A DNA stretch of 64,000 nucleotides from an uncultured virus (IMG/VR IMGVR_UViG_3300032305_002648) (lineage: Duplodnaviria; Heunggongvirae; Uroviricota; Caudoviricetes): the IMG/VR virus record IMGVR_UViG_3300032305_002648; one strand, given 5' to 3'. The number at the start of each line of letters is the position of its first letter. Positions within the stretch are counted from its first letter, which is position 1. Below the pieces are notes generated by a model. The model was not told the origin of the DNA and searched no databases. It was given only the letters and a program-made list of their open reading frames with translations. This document shows positions 18,511 to 27,456 of this stretch, one piece after another. The translations under genes were made by a program, and so were the position numbers.

Positions 18511-19896
18511 TTAACGTCCCATATAAGGGATCTTTCCTCCCAGTAACCGACCTAAAGCGTATTGCAGCTCATTGCCAGCCATGCGTCCCACATCTGTTTT
18601 TGGATTTGTCTTCAAGCCAAACGGTGTATTAGATGCGGCATTGACCAAGGTATTTAACGGGGAACCTTTCTGTCCTTGCATGAAGAGACCTGCACCAACT
18701 GCAGCCGGGATAGCAACATTAGCGGTGGCTGCTACTAGAGGACTAAATCGTGCCGCAACATGCGGGGCAACACGTTGTAGACCTTGCCCAGCAGAACGTA
18801 TCCCCAAATCAACTGCTGTACCCGCAGCTAAATCTTTTGCAGCCTGTGTGGCAGCTTGTCCATATTTACCTTGTGCTAATGATTGTGCCACGTCTGGTGA
18901 CAATGCACTCAATGCGGCCCCACCAGCAAGACCTGCCGGCGCTGTACGTAGCATTTCTTTTGCACCTTGAAGCCCAGCTGTTACTGGGTCGGTGCCGTAC
19001 AGTAGATTGCGTTCAACAAATGCATTGTCAAATGGGCGGAGTAAACCGGACTGTCTAAGTTCGTCATTGGCAAGATCAACATAAGACGTTAGGTGTTCGG
19101 ATAAGGCTCTAGATGCACCGTTGTACCCCCTCAACGCAGCCTCTGACATGGGGGCCTGAGCTTGCGCTAAGTTTTGAAAACGTTGAGTTGCTGGCTCTAT
19201 GTATTTTTCCCTGTAAAGTGCGCCAATATCCGCTAATTTTTGACTTTGATCTTTGCCTTCTCCGTATTGCTTACGCCAAATCTCCTCCCCCCCTGGAATT
19301 GCATACGCATCATCATCTTCTGCTACCCTGCCAACAAAATCTTTGAAATAATTTCCAATATTTGATGGACTATCTGCAGACAACCCTCTAAGTGAGTTTG
19401 GCTTAGCCATCCCCCTGTCTGTCCAGACCGCAACCCCTTCATTTAAGGGGGTAATTGGTGATGCTTGTAAATTTAATTCATTGCCTTGAAAATTGCGATA
19501 ATCAGGCGATAAATTGGCCTCCCAAGGGTATAAATGGCTATAGATTTCGTGTCTGTGATCGTCAGGTACTCCCCTCGCCCTAAAATTAACCGCCCCAGGG
19601 GCTGACGCATAGAATCTATCTAGTAATTCATTGACAGGAGTAACGCTTGGCCCAAGTTGCACCTGTAAATTTTGTCTGTTTGCAATGAAAGCATCCTTAA
19701 AATGATCGGCAGCCCTTTTGACTATGGCAGGGCTTGTATTCTCATTGGCGGAAAGATCTTCTAATGCCAATTGAGTTTCAGCAAGCCTATTGTATTGCGG
19801 CGTTTGATAATCAAACCCCTCAAAAGTGGGACCAAATGTTGGCGCAGCTTCTAGGCGACGCTGCCAATCATCGAGCATTTCTGAGTAATCAGGCAC
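18511..19896 (-). CDS. Hypothetical protein with Ala/Gly-rich C-terminus and RMAG motif, candidate ejection protein
   Basis: ORF 18511..19977; likely start GTG 19896 downstream of TAGAAT box. Confidence 0.75.
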   Translation of the reverse strand: MPDYSEMLDDWQRRLEAAPTFGPTFEGFDYQTPQYNRLAETQLALEDLSANENTSPAIVKRAADHFKDAFIANRQNLQVQLGPSVTPVNELLDRFYASAPGAVNFRARGVPDDHRHEIYSHLYPWEANLSPDYRNFQGNELNLQASPITPLNEGVAVWTDRGMAKPNSLRGLSADSPSNIGNYFKDFVGRVAEDDDAYAIPGGEEIWRKQYGEGKDQSQKLADIGALYREKYIEPATQRFQNLAQAQAPMSEAALRGYNGASRALSEHLTSYVDLANDELRQSGLLRPFDNAFVERNLLYGTDPVTAGLQGAKEMLRTAPAGLAGGAALSALSPDVAQSLAQGKYGQAATQAAKDLAAGTAVDLGIRSAGQGLQRVAPHVAARFSPLVAATANVAIPAAVGAGLFMQGQKGSPLNTLVNAASNTPFGLKTNPKTDVGRMAGNELQYALGRLLGGKIPYMGR

Positions 19897-19940
19897 CGTA
19901 TTTTCTGTTGTTTGCTTTTGATATTCTACTTTGATTGGGT

Positions 19941-20186
19941 TCAGGAGTCCTTGTATTTGGTGTGGATGGCTTGGCAATCGTAGTCCGCGAGCCTACGCAC
20001 GAGGCCACGGATCAAGCCTTGGCGCATGATTGCTAATTCCGCCAGGAGGATTGCACCTTTTTTAAGTGTAGCAATATCGGTCGTACTTTCTATTTCGTTT
20101 TTAATTTTGACAAGAGTAAATTCGTCTTCAATTGTCCGGGTGAAGTCTTCGGGCTGAAATGGAACCTCGATCACTTCAAATCCCAT
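19941..20186 (-). CDS. NblA-like protein (phycobilisome degradation), phage type
   Basis: TIEDEF.L..I...I....D...L......L......Q..I..L helix-loop-helix pattern. Confidence 0.5.
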   Translation of the reverse strand: MGFEVIEVPFQPEDFTRTIEDEFTLVKIKNEIESTTDIATLKKGAILLAELAIMRQGLIRGLVRRLADYDCQAIHTKYKDS

Positions 20187-20303
20187 TGCCTTGATGCGGA
20201 CTACCTTGCAATCCTACTTCCAAAAAATCTTAAGTATTGTATCAGTTTTTGCGGTCGGCTACCCGGTCTTTGCTAAGCTAAACAGGCCCACAACGCCAGC
20301 CCC

Positions 20304-20447
20304 ATGGCTACCAAAAAAACTTTGAGCGGCGGTAACGTCCACATCGAATCACACCCCAAGCGCACGTCTGTTGGCCAGGGTAAGCGCAAGCGCGGATCCT
20401 GGAAGGTGCAACGCAAAAAGCCTATGCGTGGTCAAGGCAAGGGCTGA
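20304..20447 (+). CDS. Small highly basic phage peptide (47 aa, not in ORF track)
   Basis: PKRTSVGQG...KKPMRGQGK, a pattern typical of cyanophage basic peptides. Confidence 0.8.
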   Translation: MATKKTLSGGNVHIESHPKRTSVGQGKRKRGSWKVQRKKPMRGQGKG

Positions 20448-20624
20448 GTAACGCAGATCGGTTGCTATGACTGGTTTGCCTATCTAACATAATCTTTTTT
20501 ATATTATGGGGTGCAACAAGGAACGTTGCATTAAACGAAGGGTCCCCTCAGCTGCATCGTAAAACAATCCGCCGTAGGCAGACACCCTCGCCCCACTCTT
20601 ATTTCCCCACCACACAAAACATCC

Positions 20625-20951
20625 ATGCCTTACGAAATCCGTGACTACAGCCACCGACCTGGTTGGGTTGAATATGTTTCTGACATGACCACAAGCCTTG
20701 CGGATGCCTACACTACTGATGTTCCCTTGGATGAGAGTGAAAGAAAGCGGTATTCATCTGCAACACCACCAAAGCAATTTAAAACAAAAACGGAAGCAAA
20801 GCCTTATTTGGATGCCTTAAAAGCAGCTAAAAACAAATATTGGCAAGAAAACAAGTGGTATGAAATGAATAGGGGTCGATTTAAGCCTCAATTCAAGATT
20901 TACATTTCGGATCCTTCTTTGTCTTTACAACTACAACCAACCAATGGCTGA
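20625..20951 (+). CDS. Hypothetical protein
   Basis: ATG, overlaps next start. Confidence 0.7.
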   Translation: MPYEIRDYSHRPGWVEYVSDMTTSLADAYTTDVPLDESERKRYSSATPPKQFKTKTEAKPYLDALKAAKNKYWQENKWYEMNRGRFKPQFKIYISDPSLSLQLQPTNG

Positions 20952-21534
20952 CCCCACGACCTATCGCCAGCTGTCAGAATCTCTCGTCAACGTTCGGTTT
21001 ACGTCAGAGTTACCGGATGTTGGCGATGATGAAAAGGATAAGTTGGAGCAGTATATGGCTGCTTTGACTTCGCGCCAGGCATCAAAGTTTGATGCAATCG
21101 TTGACTTAATCAAGAGTTGCGATCGGAACATCCAGATGCTGGAGGAGGAGATGGCAGAAATCAAAGAGGCCCGAGATTCTTGGATCTCAAACAAAGAAAA
21201 GATTGTGCAGATTATTAAGCACGTCTACCAACAGGGGCTGATCGACAACAAGATCAAAGGCAACAAGTACCAAGCCGTGATCCGGCGGGCCAAACCAAAA
21301 CTGGTGGACAATTGGCAGCTATGGGCTGATGAAGATCAGCAGGAGTATGGCCTGGAAAAAGTAACAACCGTTACCAGGATCCGTGATGGCCACGTGCTGG
21401 AGGTCAAACAGGAAAAGCTGCCTGATAAAGATCGGTTGCGTTCTGATTTGATTGCCGATGTTCCAGGGGCACCAGGGCAAGCACAATTGGTGCAAGCGTT
21501 TTCACTGGTTTATGAACGCAGGAAAACGCTCTAG
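20944..21534 (+). CDS. Siphovirus Gp157/Gam-like coiled-coil protein
   Basis: K.DAIV.LIK......L.EE...IK.......N.....  and PDKDRLR..L....PG.A.L pattern. Confidence 0.65.
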   Translation: MADPTTYRQLSESLVNVRFTSELPDVGDDEKDKLEQYMAALTSRQASKFDAIVDLIKSCDRNIQMLEEEMAEIKEARDSWISNKEKIVQIIKHVYQQGLIDNKIKGNKYQAVIRRAKPKLVDNWQLWADEDQQEYGLEKVTTVTRIRDGHVLEVKQEKLPDKDRLRSDLIADVPGAPGQAQLVQAFSLVYERRKTL

Positions 21535-21540
21535 TACCGC

Positions 21541-22326
21541 TTACTTGTTTTTAGGTTTTGTGGCGGAATCTTTCAATGCCTTATCGGTCGGGGCACCTTT
21601 GCTCCCCGGTTTGCGCATGGTTTCGCCACTGCCTTTCTCAATGCGCTCGCGCTTGGCGTGGATGTTGTCCCAGAGTCCGGGATCGCCTGGTTTTTTCTGT
21701 GGCACGGTGGTCGCCTCGTATAAGAAGTGATTGGACGTTTCTATCATACGCGAATTCTCCACGCTGTACTCAGTAAGATCAATCTCATATCCAGGATTTT
21801 TTTCAATTCTGTCCTTAAGCCATGCATCATCATACCAAATGATTCGATTGTTGGGGTACGCATAAAAATTACCATCATCCATTCGGAAGAAATGCGCACA
21901 CTTGTGCTCAGGTGTCTCACTGAAATTAGTATTGAGAGTTGATTTGGATTCCCAGGACCAATCCATGGTGAACATATAGATGCCGCCCTTCTTTTCACCT
22001 TTAAAATTGATTAGTTGTGCACGTAAATTTGAAAGTCGTGCTCTAACTTGTACATCAATATAGGGAGAAAAGCAATCCCACCACATGCATTCATTTAGCT
22101 CGGGCTTTGGTGCGTCTGGTTTCCAACAAAGGGAATGGATGGGGCGTCTTGTCCAATTAACACCATTTTCTAAGAAGACTTCAAACAATGGTACGTGTTT
22201 CTCCAGTGAAGCAACGGAGTGTACGTCACATAACGTTACATCCCCGTGCCCCTTTTTGTGGTTGTACAGGAATTCATTTCGGATATAGCAAGTAAACGTT
22301 GGAAGGTTGTGATTTAAATAACTCAT
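21541..22326 (-). CDS. Conserved hypothetical protein with basic C-terminal extension
   Basis: YLNHNLP...RNEFLY, WDCFS, PEHKCAH, YAYPNNRIIW; tail GLWDNIHAKR.RI..GSGE.MRKPG.KGAPT. Confidence 0.85.
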   Translation of the reverse strand: MSYLNHNLPTFTCYIRNEFLYNHKKGHGDVTLCDVHSVASLEKHVPLFEVFLENGVNWTRRPIHSLCWKPDAPKPELNECMWWDCFSPYIDVQVRARLSNLRAQLINFKGEKKGGIYMFTMDWSWESKSTLNTNFSETPEHKCAHFFRMDDGNFYAYPNNRIIWYDDAWLKDRIEKNPGYEIDLTEYSVENSRMIETSNHFLYEATTVPQKKPGDPGLWDNIHAKRERIEKGSGETMRKPGSKGAPTDKALKDSATKPKNK

Positions 22327-22377
22327 TTGATTTACTAACGTCTGCTTACTATAGTGTATTTGACCTGCAAAAATTAA

Positions 22378-22610
22378 TCAACGCTCCTGGATTCGAACCA
22401 GGTAATGTGAACCCTTGTCGGGCTGCCTTATCCTTTCGGCCTAGCGCTGAGGTGCGGGTCCCTTCCCCGCTGGGTTCATTTATGAGGTTAATGAACGCAC
22501 CCCTCCGTTTAGCCGGAGGTACACTGTAAGGAGCGACCTTACATGTGAGGAGCTACCTCGGTGTTGACACGCCGCCTTCTGGGCTATGGGCCCAACGCGC
22601 TACGTGCATC
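22378..22610 (-). ncRNA. Multi-hairpin ncRNA with initiator-tRNA-like anticodon arm and 3' tRNA-like domain
   Basis: At least six hairpins; 72 nt cloverleaf at 22378..22449 with GGTTCGAATCC T-arm; own sigma70-type promoter. Confidence 0.8.
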
Positions 22611-22616
22611 GGTAAT

Positions 22617-22644
22617 ATCATAGCGTATTTACCTTGGAAGTCAA
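22617..22644 (-). promoter_or_regulatory. Sigma70-type promoter for the ncRNA
   Basis: TTGACT-16 nt-TATGAT on - strand. Confidence 0.75.
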
Positions 22645-22733
22645 CTCCTAACGAACTTCTAATTTTCTTCAAATTAGGAGTTGCCGTCCGCCCCGTAACA
22701 CGTTAAACTACCCCTGTCCCCCGACTCAACCCC

Positions 22734-23054
22734 ATGTCGCCCCACAATTACTTTTTGAGTGACCCCAAAAGGTACACCGAAACCTTTGTAACTTATGCTG
22801 CTGCCTATGGTTCGCTAATGCGTATCGTGGAAACCGAACTATTTGCCTACCAAGATGTTAAAGGCAAGGAGGTGTATGACGTGGTCGGGGATTTCTTGTA
22901 TTCGGTCAATGGTTATTACAAAGAAGTAAACAATATTAAAACCGAAGATGATTACGACCCCATTACCGCTTATGTCAGTAAAAATGAGTTAAAAACCATG
23001 CTTTCTGAAGTTGTTCAGGAGTATTTTGCTAACGTCAGCTTGAAAGATGAGTAA
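22734..23054 (+). CDS. Hypothetical protein
   Basis: Open frame, overlaps next start. Confidence 0.75.
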   Translation: MSPHNYFLSDPKRYTETFVTYAAAYGSLMRIVETELFAYQDVKGKEVYDVVGDFLYSVNGYYKEVNNIKTEDDYDPITAYVSKNELKTMLSEVVQEYFANVSLKDE

Positions 23055-23319
23055 CACCATTTACAAGCTGACCATTGACGAGGAAGGCGTTCTTGTCTTC
23101 CCCGATGAATTAGTCGATCAAGTTGGCTGGAAAGAAGGCGATGAGCTATTCTTTCGTGAGCTTGCTGACGGCAGCTTTTCAATTTCCACCATTCCCTTTT
23201 CTCAAGAAGACCTTCTTAAAAACCATGGCAAAGATGACTTCGGCCAACACCAAGCAGATGCTGCGGCACTTGACCCGGAACTACACCCTGTTGCTGGGGC
23301 AACCGATGATCGGGGATGA
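23047..23319 (+). CDS. AbrB/MazE-type DNA-binding protein
   Basis: TIDEEG.L.FPDELVDQVGWKEGDEL.F swapped-hairpin signature. Confidence 0.85.
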   Translation: MSNTIYKLTIDEEGVLVFPDELVDQVGWKEGDELFFRELADGSFSISTIPFSQEDLLKNHGKDDFGQHQADAAALDPELHPVAGATDDRG

Positions 23320-23422
23320 GTTTGCGGACGGCTACTGGAAATGCAAAATGGACCTGGAGCGTTATCTGCAACAGGAAAATGTGTTTTCAATGCTGCCTGA
23401 AGAAGAGGAAGAAGCTGCATAG
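23225..23422 (+). CDS. Hypothetical protein
   Basis: ATG 23225; overlaps AbrB-like tail. Confidence 0.55.
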   Translation: MAKMTSANTKQMLRHLTRNYTLLLGQPMIGDEFADGYWKCKMDLERYLQQENVFSMLPEEEEEAA

Positions 23423-23488
23423 TTATTAAATATAAAACAAGAACGCAAATCCGTCTCTCCTAGAATATAGGAAAGGCGGATTTTTGTT

Positions 23489-23824
23489 ATGACTATAGGT
23501 GAAAAGTTGGCGGATGCTGTTGCAAATGGTATCGGTTCTTGGCGGTTTGTCGGTATTCAGACAGCTGCCATTGTATTTTGGCTTTGTTTGAATACGTTCG
23601 GTCCCCTAAAACCTGATAGATACCCATATATGCTTTTAAATTTTATGCTCAGCCTTCAAGCCGCCTATACCGGACCAGTTCTTTTGATTTCCGCTGCCCG
23701 CCAGTCGGAGTTGGACCGCAAACGGGCAATTGAAAACTTGGATTTGGAGCGGCTTGATAACGTTCATATAGAGAAGATATTGGAGCGCCTTACGCAAATT
23801 GAAGAAACAATTGACGAGAAGTGA
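23489..23824 (+). CDS. DUF1003-family membrane protein
   Basis: GEKLAD.VA..IGSW.F, D.YPY.LLN..LS.QAAY.GP.LL. Confidence 0.9.
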   Translation: MTIGEKLADAVANGIGSWRFVGIQTAAIVFWLCLNTFGPLKPDRYPYMLLNFMLSLQAAYTGPVLLISAARQSELDRKRAIENLDLERLDNVHIEKILERLTQIEETIDEK

Positions 23825-23828
23825 AACC

Positions 23829-25157
23829 TCAACGACTAACTTCCTCAAAATCTAAAGAAGCAAAAATACTTCCGCCACCATCACTTGTAACAGCTAAGGT
23901 AAGTTCAAATGCCGTTGATGTAAATGTATCTCGTTCTAGTTGGAATTTAAATAGAGCTTCTCTTAATATATCTACTGTTGATGAACTTTGATTAGAAGAG
24001 CTGGTGTAACCAGAACCTAGTGTTCTACCCCCAGTAAAACTGGTTCCCGTAATGTTGTATTCAACTGAAGAGTTAGTTCCTGCGCTAACCCAGGTGCCGC
24101 CAGTTGTTGTGCCGCTTGCAATAATCTTCCAATTGTAATTTACTCCATTGCCTGTGCCAAGTATAGACAAAGCTGTAAGGAGAATAATTGCATCGAGGTG
24201 GTCGGGGGAAGTTTTTAGTCGAATAGACGCAATTGGATAATATGTGCCGGCGGTTGATGTACTTCGAGCTGCTGTAATTGGGATATTAATAGCTTGTTGA
24301 AGTCCTCGCAACTCGTAACCGCCTTCTGAAATTACAGTAGAACAAACTTGCTTCAACGTGCTAGCACTTGCTGTCGTACCTAGATTTTCAAGTTCATAAC
24401 GCAGTGGCAAGGAAGCCGTGGTGATGTATGTTGTAGCAATAATGTTTGCATGATGGAATTGATGGCACAAAATGAACTTCCCATCAATAACAAAACCCAT
24501 GCGCACAGTACCAAGCCCTAACCATTCAATATCCATCCACAAAATTTGAGCTTTAGTAATATCTAATGTCATCCCGGACGGACCGGTTCCGTCCATTTTG
24601 TCGTAATTCCAGTTTGCTTGGTTGACACGACTTTCTGTTACAGATCCAGTAACAAGACTCCGCTCAACAAACGATAATGTTGACCCACTTAATTCTAGGT
24701 ACATCCCGTTGCTGGCACCAAAATATCCCATGCGCTGCCTAAGATTTGTTTTTCCAGCGGCCATGGTAAATGTTGTCATTACCAGCAATGATTTACCTGG
24801 TAGGTAAGCAAATACCTTGGTTGTTTCTCGATAAACTTTTGAACCGGAAGTTGTAGTAACACTTAAATCAACTAAGCCTTGATTAGCATTGAATACTGCT
24901 GTGCCGCCTGATGCTGTGGACGTGTTCCAGAGACCATTATCATGATATCGGTGGCTTGAATCAAATAGCGTCAAAGGGTTGGATACACGCAAACGCCCAA
25001 AAGCATCTAATGCTGCAGATTTTGTTCCTGTTCCGGGATCTGTAGTAACACTGATTGGCTGCCCCGTAATCGCAACATTGGTCGCCTCTGTATTCATCGG
25101 GCGCGTCTTGATGATCTCGTACCTCAGGTTGTCGCCAGAATCTATGATGGTTGCCAT
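23829..25157 (-). CDS. Putative virion structural protein (beta-rich)
   Basis: DAFGRLRVS.P.TLFD start, Thr/Ser/Gly-rich, 442 aa. Confidence 0.75.
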   Translation of the reverse strand: MATIIDSGDNLRYEIIKTRPMNTEATNVAITGQPISVTTDPGTGTKSAALDAFGRLRVSNPLTLFDSSHRYHDNGLWNTSTASGGTAVFNANQGLVDLSVTTTSGSKVYRETTKVFAYLPGKSLLVMTTFTMAAGKTNLRQRMGYFGASNGMYLELSGSTLSFVERSLVTGSVTESRVNQANWNYDKMDGTGPSGMTLDITKAQILWMDIEWLGLGTVRMGFVIDGKFILCHQFHHANIIATTYITTASLPLRYELENLGTTASASTLKQVCSTVISEGGYELRGLQQAINIPITAARSTSTAGTYYPIASIRLKTSPDHLDAIILLTALSILGTGNGVNYNWKIIASGTTTGGTWVSAGTNSSVEYNITGTSFTGGRTLGSGYTSSSNQSSSTVDILREALFKFQLERDTFTSTAFELTLAVTSDGGGSIFASLDFEEVSR

Positions 25158-25220
25158 GTCGTTTTTGCTGCTGTTCTGAGTTTAGATCAGTACACTGTAG
25201 TGGTACCTTACCTCAATACC

Positions 25221-25463
25221 ATGAGGGAAACCAAAAAGATCCGCTACAAGGGCACTGCTTCGGAAATCTTGCCCAGCATTGAGTTTGCTGGTTATACGAT
25301 CAGAAGCTTGAGGCACGGTAATACAGGACACGTCTTGTACTATGCCCCACGGCTGGAAGATCTGGAGCCCTGCTGGACTATGGATTTGCAAACTGCACAG
25401 AACGGCGTCCTTAAATTTAATGAGGTGCAAGCAAGTAGTGTTGCCCTACAATCAAAAGAGTAA
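25221..25463 (+). CDS. Hypothetical protein
   Basis: ATG 25221. Confidence 0.6.
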   Translation: MRETKKIRYKGTASEILPSIEFAGYTIRSLRHGNTGHVLYYAPRLEDLEPCWTMDLQTAQNGVLKFNEVQASSVALQSKE

Positions 25464-25482
25464 CTTGCAGTTGATAGGACCA

Positions 25483-25746
25483 GTGGTGCTTCCCCTTGAG
25501 CATAGTAAAGATTTGATGGATGATTTGGCTTGGCAAATCCATGAGTATCTTCTTTCGGAATCTACCGTGTTCAACGGGGGCCATCTGGTCCTTATCCCTA
25601 TTACCGCAATTGTAAAGAAATTTGAAAGAAATCATCGTACAATTGCGCGGCGGCTAACTGTCCTTAAGAATGAAGGATTGCTCCAGCCAATCATTAAGAA
25701 AGACACCACAACCCTTTACTGGATTAAAGAACAAGAGGAAGAATAA
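25483..25746 (+). CDS. Winged-helix DNA-binding protein
   Basis: IVKKFERNHRTIARRL..LK.EGLL HTH pattern. Confidence 0.7.
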   Translation: MVLPLEHSKDLMDDLAWQIHEYLLSESTVFNGGHLVLIPITAIVKKFERNHRTIARRLTVLKNEGLLQPIIKKDTTTLYWIKEQEEE

Positions 25747-26078
25747 TGGCTATACAAGATCCAAGTCAACCAAATCATGCTGAGAGTTTGGTTTGGCTTC
25801 TCAGTAGCCTCTCCGACAATGGGAAATCACTTCGCTCATTCCTGAGCAACCCGCAGGAACTTGGTGTCTGCATCTTGACGGCTGGTCTGCTTGCCAACAG
25901 TAAACTTAGTATCGCTCCAGATGACGCTATCAAGGTGGCTCTAGAAACCTACGCAAAAGTTCAAGTTCACGTTGGTCAATACCACCAGGCAAAGTTCGCT
26001 GCCAATTTGGAAGGTGTATTTCAATCTGAACTGCCTACTAGGTACGAAGATCGGCCCGGTGAAGTTGAGGGCGATTAA
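25746..26078 (+). CDS. Hypothetical protein
   Basis: TAATG coupling. Confidence 0.7.
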   Translation: MAIQDPSQPNHAESLVWLLSSLSDNGKSLRSFLSNPQELGVCILTAGLLANSKLSIAPDDAIKVALETYAKVQVHVGQYHQAKFAANLEGVFQSELPTRYEDRPGEVEGD

Positions 26079-26461
26079 CCAAAGTACGTCCGTTTAATCA
26101 TTTTTCCGTAGCTTGAAGTGGCCTCAAATAAATTTTTAAGCACAGAAAAAGCTTTTTTAGGATCCGTATGACTGCCACAAGTAAAGGCATCGATATTCCC
26201 GTACTGCAATTCTGGCCAGGTATGGATGCTTATATGACTCTCCGCTAGCAATGCAAATGCTGTAACGCCTTGTGGTTGAAACTTGTGTGAACCAATCTTT
26301 AGTAGCGTGGCACCAGATTGCATTGCAGCTTCTCGCAAGGCACTACAAATAAAGTCTTCATCATTTAGCAGGTCAGAATTGGCGCCGTAAATCTCACCAA
26401 TATAGTGCTTACCTTTCGCACCCGACGCCTGCTCCATTTTCTTTTTGCATAGTTTATTCAT
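26075..26461 (-). CDS. speD: S-adenosylmethionine decarboxylase proenzyme (pyruvoyl-dependent)
   Basis: G.H, HKFQPQGVT, LLAESHISIHTWPE, D.FTCG. Confidence 0.95.
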   Translation of the reverse strand: MNKLCKKKMEQASGAKGKHYIGEIYGANSDLLNDEDFICSALREAAMQSGATLLKIGSHKFQPQGVTAFALLAESHISIHTWPELQYGNIDAFTCGSHTDPKKAFSVLKNLFEATSSYGKMIKRTYFG

Positions 26462-26538
26462 TATTTTAAAGCTAAAACCGCTGTACGTCTGGTTTTGAGC
26501 AGAAAATCGGATATAATCCGATCATCCTCTTCCCCCTA

Positions 26539-27456
26539 ATGACCCCTGCTGTCCTGGATATAACCGCAAAAATCCTGGAGCGGGTAACCGAAAAGGCCAA
26601 GATTCACCCCTCGTACCATGCCGATGCATCGTATGAGCAATTCTTGGACTATCGCAGCGACGGAAGTACAAGGGTCGAGATTAATGGCTCACGTCACTAT
26701 CGTACAGTCTGGGGGAATTTGCCCTCAGTAACTACGATTCTCAGTGCTACCAGTGGGAATAAAGCTGCCCTTGAACGTTGGGCAACGAAAAATCCCGGTG
26801 GCCGAGAAGCTGCAGCTGCCAGGGGTACACTCGTTCACTCATACATGGAGCGCTACCTTCTCGGTGAACGTGATTTCCCTGTCGAAGAAGCCGTAGAACC
26901 GTTTTGGAGGGGGCTACCAGAGAAACTGGACAATTTTGAACGTGTCATTTGGGCTGAAAACCCAGTCGGGGACAACTTTAAGTGGACAATTGGTGGTGAT
27001 GGCATTAGCAGGGTATGGCATCCTGGGGTTGTGGAAGGTAAGTTACACGGCTTTGCAGGTGCACCAGACATCGTTGCCGAATGGAAAGGGAAAACGGTGC
27101 TCGGAGATTTGAAAACCAGTAACGGCCTTTATTTTGGTAAATGGCCCGGCAGCGATACCCCTAAAAATGAGTATGGCATGCGGCGAGCAGGATTTATGAA
27201 GTACAGCAAGTGTTGCATGCAGATGGCAGCCTATGCTATGGCGCTAGAGCACACGTGCGGCATCAAACCCGATATCCTTATGATCTTAGTCGCTACTGTA
27301 GAACGCCCGCAAGTTTTTGCAATTCAAGGAGCTACCATTGAAAAATGGAAAGCCAAGTGGTTAGAGGCCGTAGAAAAATACTACACTGAGTATCTACCCT
27401 CAATCAATGCCCCTAAAATTGAAATGGAAGTTATCGATGGAGACAAAGTGGGATGA
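26539..27456 (+). CDS. PD-(D/E)xK exonuclease
   Basis: PSVTTIL, RGT.VH..ME, AG.PD, DLKTS, Q.AAY. Confidence 0.92.
   Translation: MTPAVLDITAKILERVTEKAKIHPSYHADASYEQFLDYRSDGSTRVEINGSRHYRTVWGNLPSVTTILSATSGNKAALERWATKNPGGREAAAARGTLVHSYMERYLLGERDFPVEEAVEPFWRGLPEKLDNFERVIWAENPVGDNFKWTIGGDGISRVWHPGVVEGKLHGFAGAPDIVAEWKGKTVLGDLKTSNGLYFGKWPGSDTPKNEYGMRRAGFMKYSKCCMQMAAYAMALEHTCGIKPDILMILVATVERPQVFAIQGATIEKWKAKWLEAVEKYYTEYLPSINAPKIEMEVIDGDKVG

Noticed and set aside
22378..22449. Canonical tRNA gene
   Set aside because: Anticodon loop is only 5 nt and position 8 is A; no decodable anticodon. Kept as tRNA-like ncRNA.
22378..22610. tmRNA, one- or two-piece
   Set aside because: Both acceptor strands lie within the 3' 72 nt, a D-stem is present, and no tag reading frame was found.
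26539..27456. Cas4 or other CRISPR-associated nuclease
   Set aside because: No four-Cys cluster, no array; fits a common phage PD-(D/E)xK exonuclease.
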